Shown: positions 9,922 to 19,764 of the stretch, piece by piece | Layout of the letters: each line of letters begins with the position of its first letter | Position numbering within the stretch: the first letter of the stretch is position 1 | DNA from: Gammaproteobacteria bacterium | GTDB taxonomy: Bacteria; Pseudomonadota; Gammaproteobacteria; Eutrophobiales; Eutrophobiaceae | Direction of reading: 5' to 3' | Length of the DNA: 64,000 nt | Assembly: GCA_965222155.1 (NCBI GenBank) | Contig: CBDCTH010000012.1 | Coordinates: 160,001-224,000 of the forward strand | Notes under the pieces: model-generated | What the model was told of the DNA's origin: nothing | The model's database searches: none | The model's input: the letters and a program-made list of their open reading frames with translations, nothing else | Made by a program: the position numbers and the translations under genes

Positions 9922-10330
9922 TCAGGGCTGCCGCGCAAGAAAATCTTCAATTGATATGGCGACTGAAGGGAATGAGGCAAGGACTTTTTTGTCTTGAGTG
10001 ACCAGGGGACAATCAAGATATTCAGCGAGCGCAACTAATTCGCAATCATAAGATGAGCAAGCGCTTCTCTCCAGGTGGGTAAATACTTGTGAGGAAGCAA
10101 TATCAAATTCGTTGTTGAGCATAATGGATTCGGCAACCTCTTGTAGTTGTAATGCTTTTCCAGGAGTAATCAGTTTTTTCTTGAATAAAGCGCCAGAACA
10201 TTGCGAAATTTACTCTTCCAGAGAATGGGTGCCGCCCAGTGTGGATCAATCCGATATAGTTTATCTGCGAAATCGAGTGGGATGCAGGAAGCAACAAATA
10301 GGAAATAATATTTGTATCAGCGATAATCAC
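9922..10330 (-). pseudogene. vapC: Frameshifted PIN-domain (VapC/FitB) toxin
   Basis: N-terminal MIIADTNIISYLL and C-terminal SSYDCELVALAEYLDCPLVTQDKKVL lie in different frames. Confidence 0.8.
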
Positions 10331-10545
10331 GGCCGCCCTTCGTTAATGGCACAGGTAATATCCTCAGTTGTAACAATATCGGGACGGATCTGTGAGCGAA
10401 GCATCCGGATATATTTGAGTCTGTCTTCCGGATTGATTTTTTCAGGCTGCAAAGTACGCTTGAGGCAAACGATCACTTCACTGTTAATACTTCTATGATG
10501 TTGTTCGGCAGTAAGTTTGAGTCGGTGACAAAATATCCGTGTTAT
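10327..10545 (-). pseudogene. Arc/RHH-type (FitA-like) antitoxin, start lost
   Basis: HRLKLTAEQHHRSINSEVIVCL...AINEGRP* overlaps the vapC start; an upstream in-frame stop and no start codon. Confidence 0.7.
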
Positions 10546-10598
10546 GTTCTAAGGGCCTGCTTCGCCGGCATGACAAAAATACGGCACGACAAAAACAC

Positions 10599-10626
10599 TT
10601 GACAAACCCTCAGGAGAGGCTATACT
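10599..10626 (+). promoter_or_regulatory. Putative sigma70 promoter TTGACA-N16-TATACT
   Basis: Near-consensus hexamers upstream of 10748..11182. Confidence 0.55.
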
Positions 10627-10747
10627 GGTGAGCAGTGCCATTGTGCATCGTCGCTGGTGCCTGAGGGGGCGTCGCAGGAGAACAAATCTATCTCTTGACA
10701 GGAAATACTGTTGTCACTATGCAATATAACTACAGGAGACTATCATC

Positions 10748-11182
10748 ATGCACATAACTCAACTTCTCACCTCCCGCTCAGTTACATTGGCGAGCACGTT
10801 TATGGTGTTGTGTCTGCTTACCTCAGTGAGCGTTGCAGAGTGTTCCAGGTCCTCGTTCTGGGAACCACCCGCTTGTTATCAGCTTGATTTCGTTCAATAT
10901 CCAGGAGGCCCCCCTGTTGACTCCAGGGAATGTGCTCATCCGAGCGGAAAGAACTGCTATTACCCCAAGGAACTCCGTGCTACGAACAGCTGTAATTACG
11001 AGGTGAAGGTGAGAGTCGTCGTCAATAAAGGTGAAGACGAGATATTTACGCTCAAACCTGGGGGGACACGGTCTTCGAAGGCTTTTCAATCCGATTACCA
11101 TGATGGTTCAGAAAAAAGTTCAAAATCTGCTTACTACCGCTGGTGGGCTTGTTGTCGCGAGGGTAACGCGCAGTGTAAGTAG
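10748..11182 (+). CDS. Secreted cysteine-rich small protein, tendamistat-like scaffold (paralog 2)
   Basis: Signal peptide ..VSVA, 8 mature Cys collinear with paralog 1; RBS AGGAG. Confidence 0.85.
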   Translation: MHITQLLTSRSVTLASTFMVLCLLTSVSVAECSRSSFWEPPACYQLDFVQYPGGPPVDSRECAHPSGKNCYYPKELRATNSCNYEVKVRVVVNKGEDEIFTLKPGGTRSSKAFQSDYHDGSEKSSKSAYYRWWACCREGNAQCK

Positions 11183-11458
11183 ACGGGCAGGTGATTTTGA
11201 TGCCGGCCTCTGTTTATCGCACTACGGCACTTTATTTATCTGGTAATAATCTCCTACAAGTTGTAGGAGATTATTACCACCCACGAAACAAACAAGACAA
11301 CCAACAAATCGTTCACGTCACGGAACAATTCAATGGCCCTATCCCTCCCCGGACGTACTCGAACGATATAATCAGGTAGCTCGCGGAACCAACTCAGCCC
11401 CCTACTGTTCCGGAGGTACGTTAACTGGTTCCGCCCCTGTTCCCTGGAAGCCTCTGGC

Positions 11459-11890
11459 CTATTCGCAAGTCTCGAATTGACCCGGATTGGAATTATTATC
11501 CAGGTAGTCGCGACAACACTGCACTCTCGTAAATTCCAGTCTTTTGTCGGCGATGTCGTCGGAGGAGACAACGTCTGTCAGCATTAGCGTCTCGGTATCG
11601 CCGCGATTAAGGAATATATGGATGCTCTGCTCCCGGGTCTGCACCGTGGCTTTCCGGCTCAAGACATCCGACGTGACGATAACACGTTTTGTACAGGCGC
11701 TCGTAGCCGAAATGCGGGTTTCCGATTCCTGCACCGTCACGCAAGCAGGCGGCCTTTTACGCTCGGCATCCGGGCAAAGCTCGTAGGGCGTTATCTTCAC
11801 CCCGGCCTGCGTACTGATGGAAGTCATCAAGACCACCAACACAAATAGCGCCAGAGTCCTGAAACGTATGCTGGTATAATCAATATTCAT
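11459..11890 (-). CDS. Secreted cysteine-rich small protein, tendamistat-like scaffold (divergent paralog 3)
   Basis: Signal peptide ..STQA; C..PPAC-x15-C..CC..C pattern (6 Cys); RBS AAGGAGG. Confidence 0.75.
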   Translation of the reverse strand: MNIDYTSIRFRTLALFVLVVLMTSISTQAGVKITPYELCPDAERKRPPACVTVQESETRISATSACTKRVIVTSDVLSRKATVQTREQSIHIFLNRGDTETLMLTDVVSSDDIADKRLEFTRVQCCRDYLDNNSNPGQFETCE

Positions 11891-12425
11891 GGTTGCGCCT
11901 CCTTTGAATTCGAGTTTTGTACCTTTCGCATCGAACGACTCGGCCCTCGGACAGCTTATATGTGAAACCCAGGATAACTGACAGGTCCCACGACTGAGCT
12001 TACGAGTAGCTTACCACCGAAGTTTATCACGTGTCAATCCCATCCCTCCCTTTACCCCTCCCTTTACCCCTAACCCGATTTAGAATGGGGCGGAATAGAA
12101 AAAGCCTTGTCTGTATAACAGTTTGCTCGAACAACAACCTTCACCCAATGGGTGCGCAGACAAGGCGTATGCAGAGAATACCGTATCAGATAGAGGACAC
12201 TTTCTGCGCCGGATTTGGAGCGCTCTGCTGATTTGCGCTACGGATACGCCGGATTGGAGAGCGCCGGCAACGGTATCCGCCGTTCTTGCAAAACTCGGGG
12301 CCGGGAATTGGAATCCGGGCGTCGGTTAAACAGGGCTTGTCCGGTCTGACCATGATATGATACGAGAATCAGGTGATAACAGATATTTCTGTAATGATTT
12401 AAAACGCTATCAGCAGGTGCATGGT

Positions 12426-13727
12426 ATGACCGAACCCGGCGCATTAGACACCCTGGAATCCATCGAAAAGGCCAGTACGGATGAATTACAGGATTTACAA
12501 CTGAGGCGACTCAAGTGGAGCCTGGAACATACATATACCAATGTCGAGTGTTACAGGAAGAAATTTGATGAGGCCGGCGTGTACCCGTCAGACCTGAAGG
12601 AGTTGAGCGATCTCTCCAAATTCCCGCTGACGGACAAGCATGACTTGCGGGACAACTATCCCTTCGGCATGTTTGCCGTACCCATGGACGGGGTAGTGCG
12701 GATACATGCATCCAGCGGCACTACGGGCAAGCCTGTGGTCGTGGGTTATACCAGGAATGACATCGACACCTGGAGCCGGGTTGTGGCCCGGTCAATCCGG
12801 GCGGCCGGCGGAACCCACAAAGACAAAATCCACGTGGCTTATGGCTACGGGTTGTTTACCGGTGGTCTCGGCGCTCATTACGGCGCTGAACTGATGGGTT
12901 GTACTGTGATACCCATGTCCGGCGGACAGACGGAAAAACAGGCGCAACTCATCCGGGACTTTGACCCCGATATCATTATGGTGACGCCGTCATACATGTT
13001 GAGCATCGCGGATGAACTGGAGCGGCAGGGCGTCGATTGCTGCAAACTTAAATTGCGGGTGGGAATATTCGGCGCGGAACCCTGGACGGATTCCATGCGC
13101 GCCAACCTGGAACGGAGACTGGCCATTGACGCGCTGGATATTTACGGGTTATCCGAGGTGATGGGCCCCGGCGTCGCCCAGGAATGTGTGGAGACAAAGG
13201 ACGGCCCCACGATCTGGGAAGATCACTTCTATCCGGAAATCATCAATCCGGAGACCGGAGAGGCGCTGGCGGATGGGGAAAAAGGCGAACTGGTGTTTAC
13301 CAGTCTCACCAAGGAAGCCTTGCCGGTGATACGATACAGGACCCGGGATTTAACCAGACTGTTGCCGGGAACGGCCCGCACCATGCGCCGGATGGACAAG
13401 ATAACCGGTCGCAGCGACGACATGCTGATCATCCGTGGCGTGAACGTGTTTCCCACCCAGGTGGAAGAGCAGGTACTCAAGGTCGACAGCCTGGCGCCCC
13501 ACTATCAGATCGAGATAACCCGAAGTGAAAATCTGGATGAAATGACGATCAACGTGGAATTGTCGCCCGGCGCCGCTGCCACAGCGAAACAGTCGGCGGC
13601 TGCCGAACTGCAGAGACATATTAAAGACCTCATCGGAGTTTCAACAAGGGTCAACGTGCTTGATGAGGGTGGCGTCGCCCGCTCGGAAGGCAAGGCCAAG
13701 CGCGTGATCGACAAGCGGAAATTATAA
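12426..13727 (+). CDS. paaK: Phenylacetate-CoA ligase
   Basis: IHASSGTTGKP, GYGLFTGGLG, DIYGLSE, IRYRTRD and GRSDDMLIIRGVNVFP motifs. Confidence 0.95.
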   Translation: MTEPGALDTLESIEKASTDELQDLQLRRLKWSLEHTYTNVECYRKKFDEAGVYPSDLKELSDLSKFPLTDKHDLRDNYPFGMFAVPMDGVVRIHASSGTTGKPVVVGYTRNDIDTWSRVVARSIRAAGGTHKDKIHVAYGYGLFTGGLGAHYGAELMGCTVIPMSGGQTEKQAQLIRDFDPDIIMVTPSYMLSIADELERQGVDCCKLKLRVGIFGAEPWTDSMRANLERRLAIDALDIYGLSEVMGPGVAQECVETKDGPTIWEDHFYPEIINPETGEALADGEKGELVFTSLTKEALPVIRYRTRDLTRLLPGTARTMRRMDKITGRSDDMLIIRGVNVFPTQVEEQVLKVDSLAPHYQIEITRSENLDEMTINVELSPGAAATAKQSAAAELQRHIKDLIGVSTRVNVLDEGGVARSEGKAKRVIDKRKL

Positions 13728-13748
13728 CTGGTAAAGAGGATGAAGTAC

Positions 13749-13773
13749 GGGGACGGAATTGAATTCCGTCCCC
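13749..13773. terminator. REP-like perfect hairpin between convergent genes
   Basis: GGGGACGGAATT-G-AATTCCGTCCCC between the paaK and cytochrome c stop codons. Confidence 0.6.
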
Positions 13774-13778
13774 TGGCA

Positions 13779-14219
13779 TTATTTCCCCAGCTTGTCTTTG
13801 ATTTGGTTGAGTAACTCTTCCCGGTGCTGGTGCATCTCGATGAGCGGTTCTTTGCGCAGTTTACCGATTTCCTCAGCGCTATAGGGGACAAACGGATCCG
13901 GCAGTTCGTTTTTGCTGAAATTCAACAGTATCCAGTTCATCACGTCGCCCAGTTCCTGATCTGAGATGGGGGCGCCGGCCGCGCCCGGCACCTGCACGAG
14001 AAATTCCCTGCCGCCGGGTACGTGCAGGAAATATCCCACAAAATCATTCATCTTCGGTACGCTGCCCTCGGAACCGGAACCGTCGGGCAGGTGGCAGCCC
14101 TGGCAGTTCAGGATATAATTCTGTCTTGCCAGTACCTCATTGGCGCTGGCGGTTGCGCTGTGACATGACAACAGGAGGAGCAGGACGACAACGCGCATAC
14201 GGAATATGTCAGCTCTCAT
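13779..14219 (-). CDS. Monoheme class I cytochrome c, probable electron acceptor of the amine dehydrogenase
   Basis: Signal peptide, NYILNCQGCHLPDG (CxxCH) and GGREFLVQVPG. Start uncertain (14198-14288). Confidence 0.8.
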   Translation of the reverse strand: MRADIFRMRVVVLLLLLSCHSATASANEVLARQNYILNCQGCHLPDGSGSEGSVPKMNDFVGYFLHVPGGREFLVQVPGAAGAPISDQELGDVMNWILLNFSKNELPDPFVPYSAEEIGKLRKEPLIEMHQHREELLNQIKDKLGK

Positions 14220-14301
14220 ATCTACACTTCTCACAAATTCAGATCTGCAGGATAAAAACCCTTCCGCTATCCTGTAAATCCTGTTCATCCATGTTAACCC
14301 T

Positions 14302-14820
14302 TTATTTTATCGCCACGCCCAAAATGAGGTTCACGGTACAATGATATGCTGAACTCTTTGTCCCGATACACCAGTTGTAATCATTCGACGTATGCGGCCG
14401 GTAAGTCGGTCTGTCCCCTTCGTTCCTGTTGCAGAAACAGTTGCCGCAGGATCCCTTACCACAGCAGTCGTTATAGGAGATGATATAGTCTTTCCCGTCT
14501 CCCGGGTTTTTGCAGGTACCAATCCAGGTGACCGATGACATTTCCGTACCGGGCGGGCAACTGTTGACGGTCCCGCCGCAGCAGGAGCACAGGTAGCCGT
14601 CAATGGCGCAGTTACGCCAGTAATCACAGGTTGCCGGGTCCCCCGGGTCTGCCGTGGGCGGGCCGGGTTGATCGGTCTCTGCGGCGCGGGCAACAGGCAA
14701 TAAGGGCATGAGTGAAACGCCGGCGACCATCCCCCCCAGTCCGCCGAGGAAACCCCTGCGTGAAGACGTTTTGGCTACGTTTCTTGAAATATTTTCCGTG
14801 AGTTTGTCTAACCAGTTCAT
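14302..14820 (-). CDS. aauA: TTQ amine dehydrogenase small subunit (aromatic amine dehydrogenase-like)
   Basis: Tat signal SRRGFL; CDYWRNCAIDGYLCSCCGG; TTQ-forming Trp residues in TWIGTC and NDYNWC. Closer to the AADH pattern than to MADH. Confidence 0.9.
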   Translation of the reverse strand: MNWLDKLTENISRNVAKTSSRRGFLGGLGGMVAGVSLMPLLPVARAAETDQPGPPTADPGDPATCDYWRNCAIDGYLCSCCGGTVNSCPPGTEMSSVTWIGTCKNPGDGKDYIISYNDCCGKGSCGNCFCNRNEGDRPTYRPHTSNDYNWCIGTKSSAYHCTVNLILGVAIK

Positions 14821-14842
14821 TCTTTTCTTCTCCGGATGACGC

Positions 14843-15997
14843 CTATTGTGAAGCATAAACCAGCAACGGCCAGGTATGGTAGAAATCGGCAATAGTGTTA
14901 ATATGCTCGCCCGACAGGGCATCATAGATTTCCAGGTTCATTTCAATATTGGTGGTCACGATCCTGGGTGAAGCGCCGCCGGTGATATCAAAGGCTATGG
15001 CCGGCAGGGTCAGGGGGATGCGCTGCACCCGCGTTTTATTGCCGGTGTCAAATACCCAGATTTCCGAGCCTGGGTCATCATGGGAGCCTTCCCTGCCGTT
15101 TTCATGCATCATCACGTACAACCGCCGGGAACTGTCCGTTGCCGCCAGCCAGGCGCCGCCGGGACGCCAGTTCTGTTTTTTCTCCTCAGCAGTCAGCAGG
15201 CTCCATTTCTCTCCCGGTTTGGCCCCAGCGCCGCTCAAATCGATTTCCTGAACGTTGCCGGTAAAGGTCGGAAAATAACCTGTGCCGTCAATGATCGCCG
15301 GTCTTTCAAACAAAGCATCTTTATCTATATCGAAGAAAGGTTCGATTTTGCTTTGCTCTGTGACTTTGCCGTTTCCATCAAGCTGGTAGCTGACCATCGA
15401 GGCGTTGCTGCACAGCGAACTGAACCCGCGTGTCCCGGTTGGGAAAATACCGGCGCAGGTCGGCAACGGCACTTCGTTGACAACCGCGCGTTTTTCCAGG
15501 TCGATCACCGTGACGAAGGTGCCGGGGGTAAAGTTATACAGCAACAGGAACCTTTCGTCGTTAATGAGAGAAATAACGAACTTGCTGACCAGCAACTCTG
15601 CCCGTTTCGGACCGGTGAGGACGACTTCACCAATGGGACTTAAGGTTGCCTTGTCATAAATGGTCACCACGTCGGTACGGTTCCCGCGGGTGCCGCGATC
15701 ATAAAAATGTTCAAGCACGTACATCTCGGGTTTATTCAGGGCCTGGGCAAAGGCTGCAATATTGGCGCCGTTAAAACTCCCCTTGAAAAAATCCCTGATA
15801 TTTCCGCCGCTGATGTCCATCAACAGGAACCGGCCCAGGCTCATCTGGTCGAATGCGAGGTCGTGTACGATCACCCAGTCATTGGGGTAGGGAACGGGCA
15901 GGCTTTCTACCTTGCCCAGGTTATCATTCGGCAAGTCCGCCGCGGCGGAATGCACAATACTCAAAAACAGCACTAATCGAAGGAATTGTCTAAACAT
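14843..15997 (-). CDS. aauB: TTQ amine dehydrogenase large (beta-propeller) subunit
   Basis: Signal peptide, RGTRGNRTDVVTIYD, NFTPGT, NWRPGG, EGSHDDPGSEIWV; adjacent to the small subunit. Confidence 0.88.
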   Translation of the reverse strand: MFRQFLRLVLFLSIVHSAAADLPNDNLGKVESLPVPYPNDWVIVHDLAFDQMSLGRFLLMDISGGNIRDFFKGSFNGANIAAFAQALNKPEMYVLEHFYDRGTRGNRTDVVTIYDKATLSPIGEVVLTGPKRAELLVSKFVISLINDERFLLLYNFTPGTFVTVIDLEKRAVVNEVPLPTCAGIFPTGTRGFSSLCSNASMVSYQLDGNGKVTEQSKIEPFFDIDKDALFERPAIIDGTGYFPTFTGNVQEIDLSGAGAKPGEKWSLLTAEEKKQNWRPGGAWLAATDSSRRLYVMMHENGREGSHDDPGSEIWVFDTGNKTRVQRIPLTLPAIAFDITGGASPRIVTTNIEMNLEIYDALSGEHINTIADFYHTWPLLVYASQ

Positions 15998-16222
15998 TAC
16001 AGTATCTCAACAGATTTTCAAACGGGCTACATGCATTCTACCCGTCTCAGTGGAGTTCTGTCAGATTTTTCGTACCAGCCGGGGGGAAAACCGTTGGCTT
16101 CCAGTCAGTCATGGCACAATCCGGAAATATTCGGTTACCCTGTGGTACGATTAGATTGACATGGATGTTATTCGGAGAATGATAATACTATTCTGAAAAT
16201 TCACACACGTAAGGAGTCTGAC

Positions 16223-17320
16223 ATGGCGACAGGTTTTGTTTACCACGAACTTTATACGTGGCATGAGAACGGCAACTTTGCCGGCTTCATGCCTTATGGA
16301 AACCCGGTACAGCCGTTTGTGCATTCGGAGCACCAGGAAACCAAGCGGCGCATACGTAACCTGCTGGATGTCAGCGGCCTGTTAAAGGAACTGGTCCACA
16401 TCGAACCCCGGGAGGCGGAGAAACAGGAGATCTGCCGGTTTCACACCCCGGATTATTACGAGAAGATCAAGGCGCAGAATGACCAGTACCTGGCTGAGAC
16501 GGGCTTTTTCACTGCGATGGGGCGAGGCAGCTTCGAGATCTGTTGCCTGGCCGCCGGCGGTGTGATTGAGGCAGTCGACGCGGTGCTGGACGGCAAGGTG
16601 GACAACGCTTATGCCCTGGTCAGACCGCCGGGACATCACGCCCTGGCCGATATGGGTATGGGGTTTTGCATATTCGGTAACGCGGCCATTGCCGGCATGC
16701 ACTTGCTCCGGGCCCGTAAACTTGAGCGTATCGCTATTGTTGACTGGGACGTGCATCACGGCAACGGCACCCAGGCTGCCTTCTGGAATAACCCTGCCGC
16801 CCTGACCATATCGATACACCAGGATAATTGTTTTCCCCCGGATTCCGGCCATATCAGTGAAACGGGCGAGGGCGCCGGCGCGGGGTTTAACATCAATGTG
16901 CCGTTACCGCCGGGTTCGGGCACAGGCGCCTACGAGGCGGTTTATGAGCGGGTCGTCATCCCTGCACTGCAAAAATTCAAACCGGACTTTATCATCATCC
17001 CGTCCGGGTTTGACGCCGGCGCACACGACCCCCTGGGCCGGCAGATGCTGACCAGTGAAGCCTATCGCAGCCTGACGGGAAACATGATGGAGGTTGCGGA
17101 TGAGGTCTGTGACGGCCGCCTGGTCTTATGCCATGAAGGCGGGTACAGCGGCTACACGGTGCCGTTCTTCGGTCTTGCCGTCCTTGAGCAGTTATCCGGC
17201 ATCAGCAGCGCTATTGAAGATCCCTTCGAACCCATACTGGCAGGGTTGGGAGGCCACCCTTTGCAACCGCATCAGGATGCACTGATCAAAGAGGTTGAAT
17301 CCCTGCTGGAAATACTTTAG
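16223..17320 (+). CDS. Class II histone deacetylase-family amidohydrolase
   Basis: RPPGHHA, GFC, DWDVHHGNGTQ, SGFDA..DPLG and HEGGY motifs. Confidence 0.93.
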   Translation: MATGFVYHELYTWHENGNFAGFMPYGNPVQPFVHSEHQETKRRIRNLLDVSGLLKELVHIEPREAEKQEICRFHTPDYYEKIKAQNDQYLAETGFFTAMGRGSFEICCLAAGGVIEAVDAVLDGKVDNAYALVRPPGHHALADMGMGFCIFGNAAIAGMHLLRARKLERIAIVDWDVHHGNGTQAAFWNNPAALTISIHQDNCFPPDSGHISETGEGAGAGFNINVPLPPGSGTGAYEAVYERVVIPALQKFKPDFIIIPSGFDAGAHDPLGRQMLTSEAYRSLTGNMMEVADEVCDGRLVLCHEGGYSGYTVPFFGLAVLEQLSGISSAIEDPFEPILAGLGGHPLQPHQDALIKEVESLLEIL

Positions 17321-17360
17321 GATGCCATTAACCATCAGGATACTTGAGGAGAATAAAGAA

Positions 17361-19715
17361 ATGTCCGCCACGAAGAATACGATTTTCAAAGGTGTTGCCG
17401 CTTTTCTTGCATCTGTATTTATCATTTCACCCGATGTTGCCCAGGCTCAGCAGGCTGAAGGCGCGGCAGTACTGGAAGAAATCATCGTCACTGCGCAAAA
17501 GCGGGAGCAGTCTGTCCAGGACGTCGGGTTGACCATTTCGGCCTTTAGCGGAGACAGGTACAGGGAGTTATCGAGAGGCACCCTTGACGGTCTGGCGGCG
17601 CAAATTCCCAACGTGCAGGCTTATGCAGGTAATTCTTACCTGGAAAGTGTGCATATCCGCGGCATCGGCCTGAATGAATTTCAGGGGCAATATGATTCTC
17701 CCATCGCCCAGCACTTCGATGAGGTCTACATCGCAAAACCGTGGATGAAGGCGCGCCGCCATTACGATATCGGCAGGGTTGAGGTGCTGAAAGGACCTCA
17801 AGGCACATTATTCGGCAGGAACACCACCGGCGGTTCGCTGAACTTCTATACCAAAGCGCCGGTTGGCAGTTTCGAGGCTGAACTGGAGGCCGGCATTGAC
17901 GAGCATGAACGTTACCGGGTTACCGGTATGATCAACAGTCCGCTTTCCGACCAGTTGAGCGGGCGCTTTTCATTCAATACGGAACTCGGTAGTGGAGGCC
18001 CGCAGAAGAACCTGTTTTCCGGTGATGAACACGGCAAGCCGGACCTGCTGGATTTTCGCGGGCAGTTACTCTGGACCGGTGAAAAACTGACTGTTCGCGC
18101 CCTCGCCCATGGTGGTGCCAATAAAGGCGAAAAGATCGCCTGGAAATCGCCGGGGATTTTTAACCTGGGGGTACCGGGCTTGTGTCCGGAACTGCTCGCC
18201 GGGAAACTAACGAAAAACCCATCGGCTTGTGCCAAGACTGCCGGCTTTGCCACGCTGAACGGTTACCCGCAGGGCGAGTTCGAGCCGGAGGGCATCCATA
18301 CCATCAATCAGAACAAACCGCCGACGGTGGATGATACCTTCTATGGCGGCTTTTTTCGTTTCGATTACGAAGTGGGCAATGCGATACTGACATCCATCAC
18401 CGCCTACGAATATTACGAACGAATCCATACTGATGACAGCCAGGCTGACATTTTCAACTCGACCAGCACCCATTATTACAACCAGATGAACCAGGTCAGC
18501 CAGGAACTCAGGCTGACCGGTGAACTGGACAGTCGATGGCGCTATATACTGGGGTTTTTCTATGAAAATGATGACCTGGACCAGGTTGATGGTTCCGACC
18601 TGAGCCAGCAGCAGATCCCGGGTATCGCGCCCCCCTTTGCAGATCAGTTCTTTGCCCAATTTGGTATGGATACGGAATCCATTGCTGTATTTCTACACAA
18701 TGAATTCGATTTTACCGAAAACGTGACCCTGAACCTGGGGCTTCGTTATACGGATGATACTATCGAAGTCAGTGATGCGTTGCTCGGTATCGGTCTGTTA
18801 CCCCAGACCGGGAAGGAAAAATTTGTGACCCCCTGTTTTACCACTACCTACCCTGGTGGCCCCGTGGGAGCGCCGGCCTGTCCCTTCCTGGGACCGGTTG
18901 CGCCGCCGTTTAACGACAGTCGCAGCGACCAGGACTTTTCCTGGCGGGTCGGCATCGAATGGAAAGCGACCGACGACCTGCTGGTGTATTCCAATGTCAC
19001 GACGGGTTATCGCAGCGGTGGTTACAGCCTGCCTTTTGCAGGGGCGGCCACGGAGTTTGACCCGGAAGAACTGTTGGCCATGGAGTTGGGTTTCAAGTAT
19101 CAGCTGCTGGACAACAGGTTGCAACTCAACGCAGCGGCATTCAGGTACGTGTACGACGACGTCCAGGTCAATGTGGATGACCCGGTGTCACCGCTGGTGC
19201 CGATTACCCGCAACATCGGTGAGCAGTTGAATACGGGATTCGAAGCCGAGGTCACCTGGCAGCCTGTCAATAGCCTGTACCTGAAACAGAGCGTTGGTTA
19301 CCTTGATGCGGAATATAACGATACGCCGCGTATGGTAACCACCTACCTGGGTCCCATCGCCCTGGATGGAAAGCCCCCGGTGAATTCTCCCGAGTGGACC
19401 TATAATGGCGCAGTTCGTTACCAGCAACAGGTGGCGAATGGCTGGGATGTTATCGTCGGTGTGGATTATCGCTGGATTGATGAGCGCTACCTGGAAGCGA
19501 CAGCCCAGTTATTCGACAGGGCTGAAGACTACTGGGTAGCCAATATGCGCGTTGCCCTGGCCTCCCAGGATGATAAATGGGAGGTCGCCGTGTATGGAAC
19601 GAACCTGTTTGATGAAGAGTACCTGACATATATCAATAATATCCCTTTCATCAAACTGCATGTCTTCGGGGAAAGGCAAACCTTTGGCGCGACTGTTCGC
19701 TATCGTTACCATTAA
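17361..19715 (+). CDS. TonB-dependent receptor
   Basis: LEEIIVTAQKREQ TonB-box region, VEVLKGPQGTLFGRNTTGG plug, aromatic C-terminus. Confidence 0.93.
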   Translation: MSATKNTIFKGVAAFLASVFIISPDVAQAQQAEGAAVLEEIIVTAQKREQSVQDVGLTISAFSGDRYRELSRGTLDGLAAQIPNVQAYAGNSYLESVHIRGIGLNEFQGQYDSPIAQHFDEVYIAKPWMKARRHYDIGRVEVLKGPQGTLFGRNTTGGSLNFYTKAPVGSFEAELEAGIDEHERYRVTGMINSPLSDQLSGRFSFNTELGSGGPQKNLFSGDEHGKPDLLDFRGQLLWTGEKLTVRALAHGGANKGEKIAWKSPGIFNLGVPGLCPELLAGKLTKNPSACAKTAGFATLNGYPQGEFEPEGIHTINQNKPPTVDDTFYGGFFRFDYEVGNAILTSITAYEYYERIHTDDSQADIFNSTSTHYYNQMNQVSQELRLTGELDSRWRYILGFFYENDDLDQVDGSDLSQQQIPGIAPPFADQFFAQFGMDTESIAVFLHNEFDFTENVTLNLGLRYTDDTIEVSDALLGIGLLPQTGKEKFVTPCFTTTYPGGPVGAPACPFLGPVAPPFNDSRSDQDFSWRVGIEWKATDDLLVYSNVTTGYRSGGYSLPFAGAATEFDPEELLAMELGFKYQLLDNRLQLNAAAFRYVYDDVQVNVDDPVSPLVPITRNIGEQLNTGFEAEVTWQPVNSLYLKQSVGYLDAEYNDTPRMVTTYLGPIALDGKPPVNSPEWTYNGAVRYQQQVANGWDVIVGVDYRWIDERYLEATAQLFDRAEDYWVANMRVALASQDDKWEVAVYGTNLFDEEYLTYINNIPFIKLHVFGERQTFGATVRYRYH

Positions 19716-19764
19716 GACCTGGAGGGGCGTGCATTAAAACAGGCCGCCTTTAATTACGCCAGCT

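Noticed and set aside
11891-12030. Possible riboswitch in the leader of paralog 3
   Set aside because: I recognise no riboswitch consensus; an Rfam/Infernal search would be needed.
12359-12395. Weak PaaX-like site upstream of paaK (GATACG-N25-TGTAAT)
   Set aside because: Mismatched arms and off spacing.
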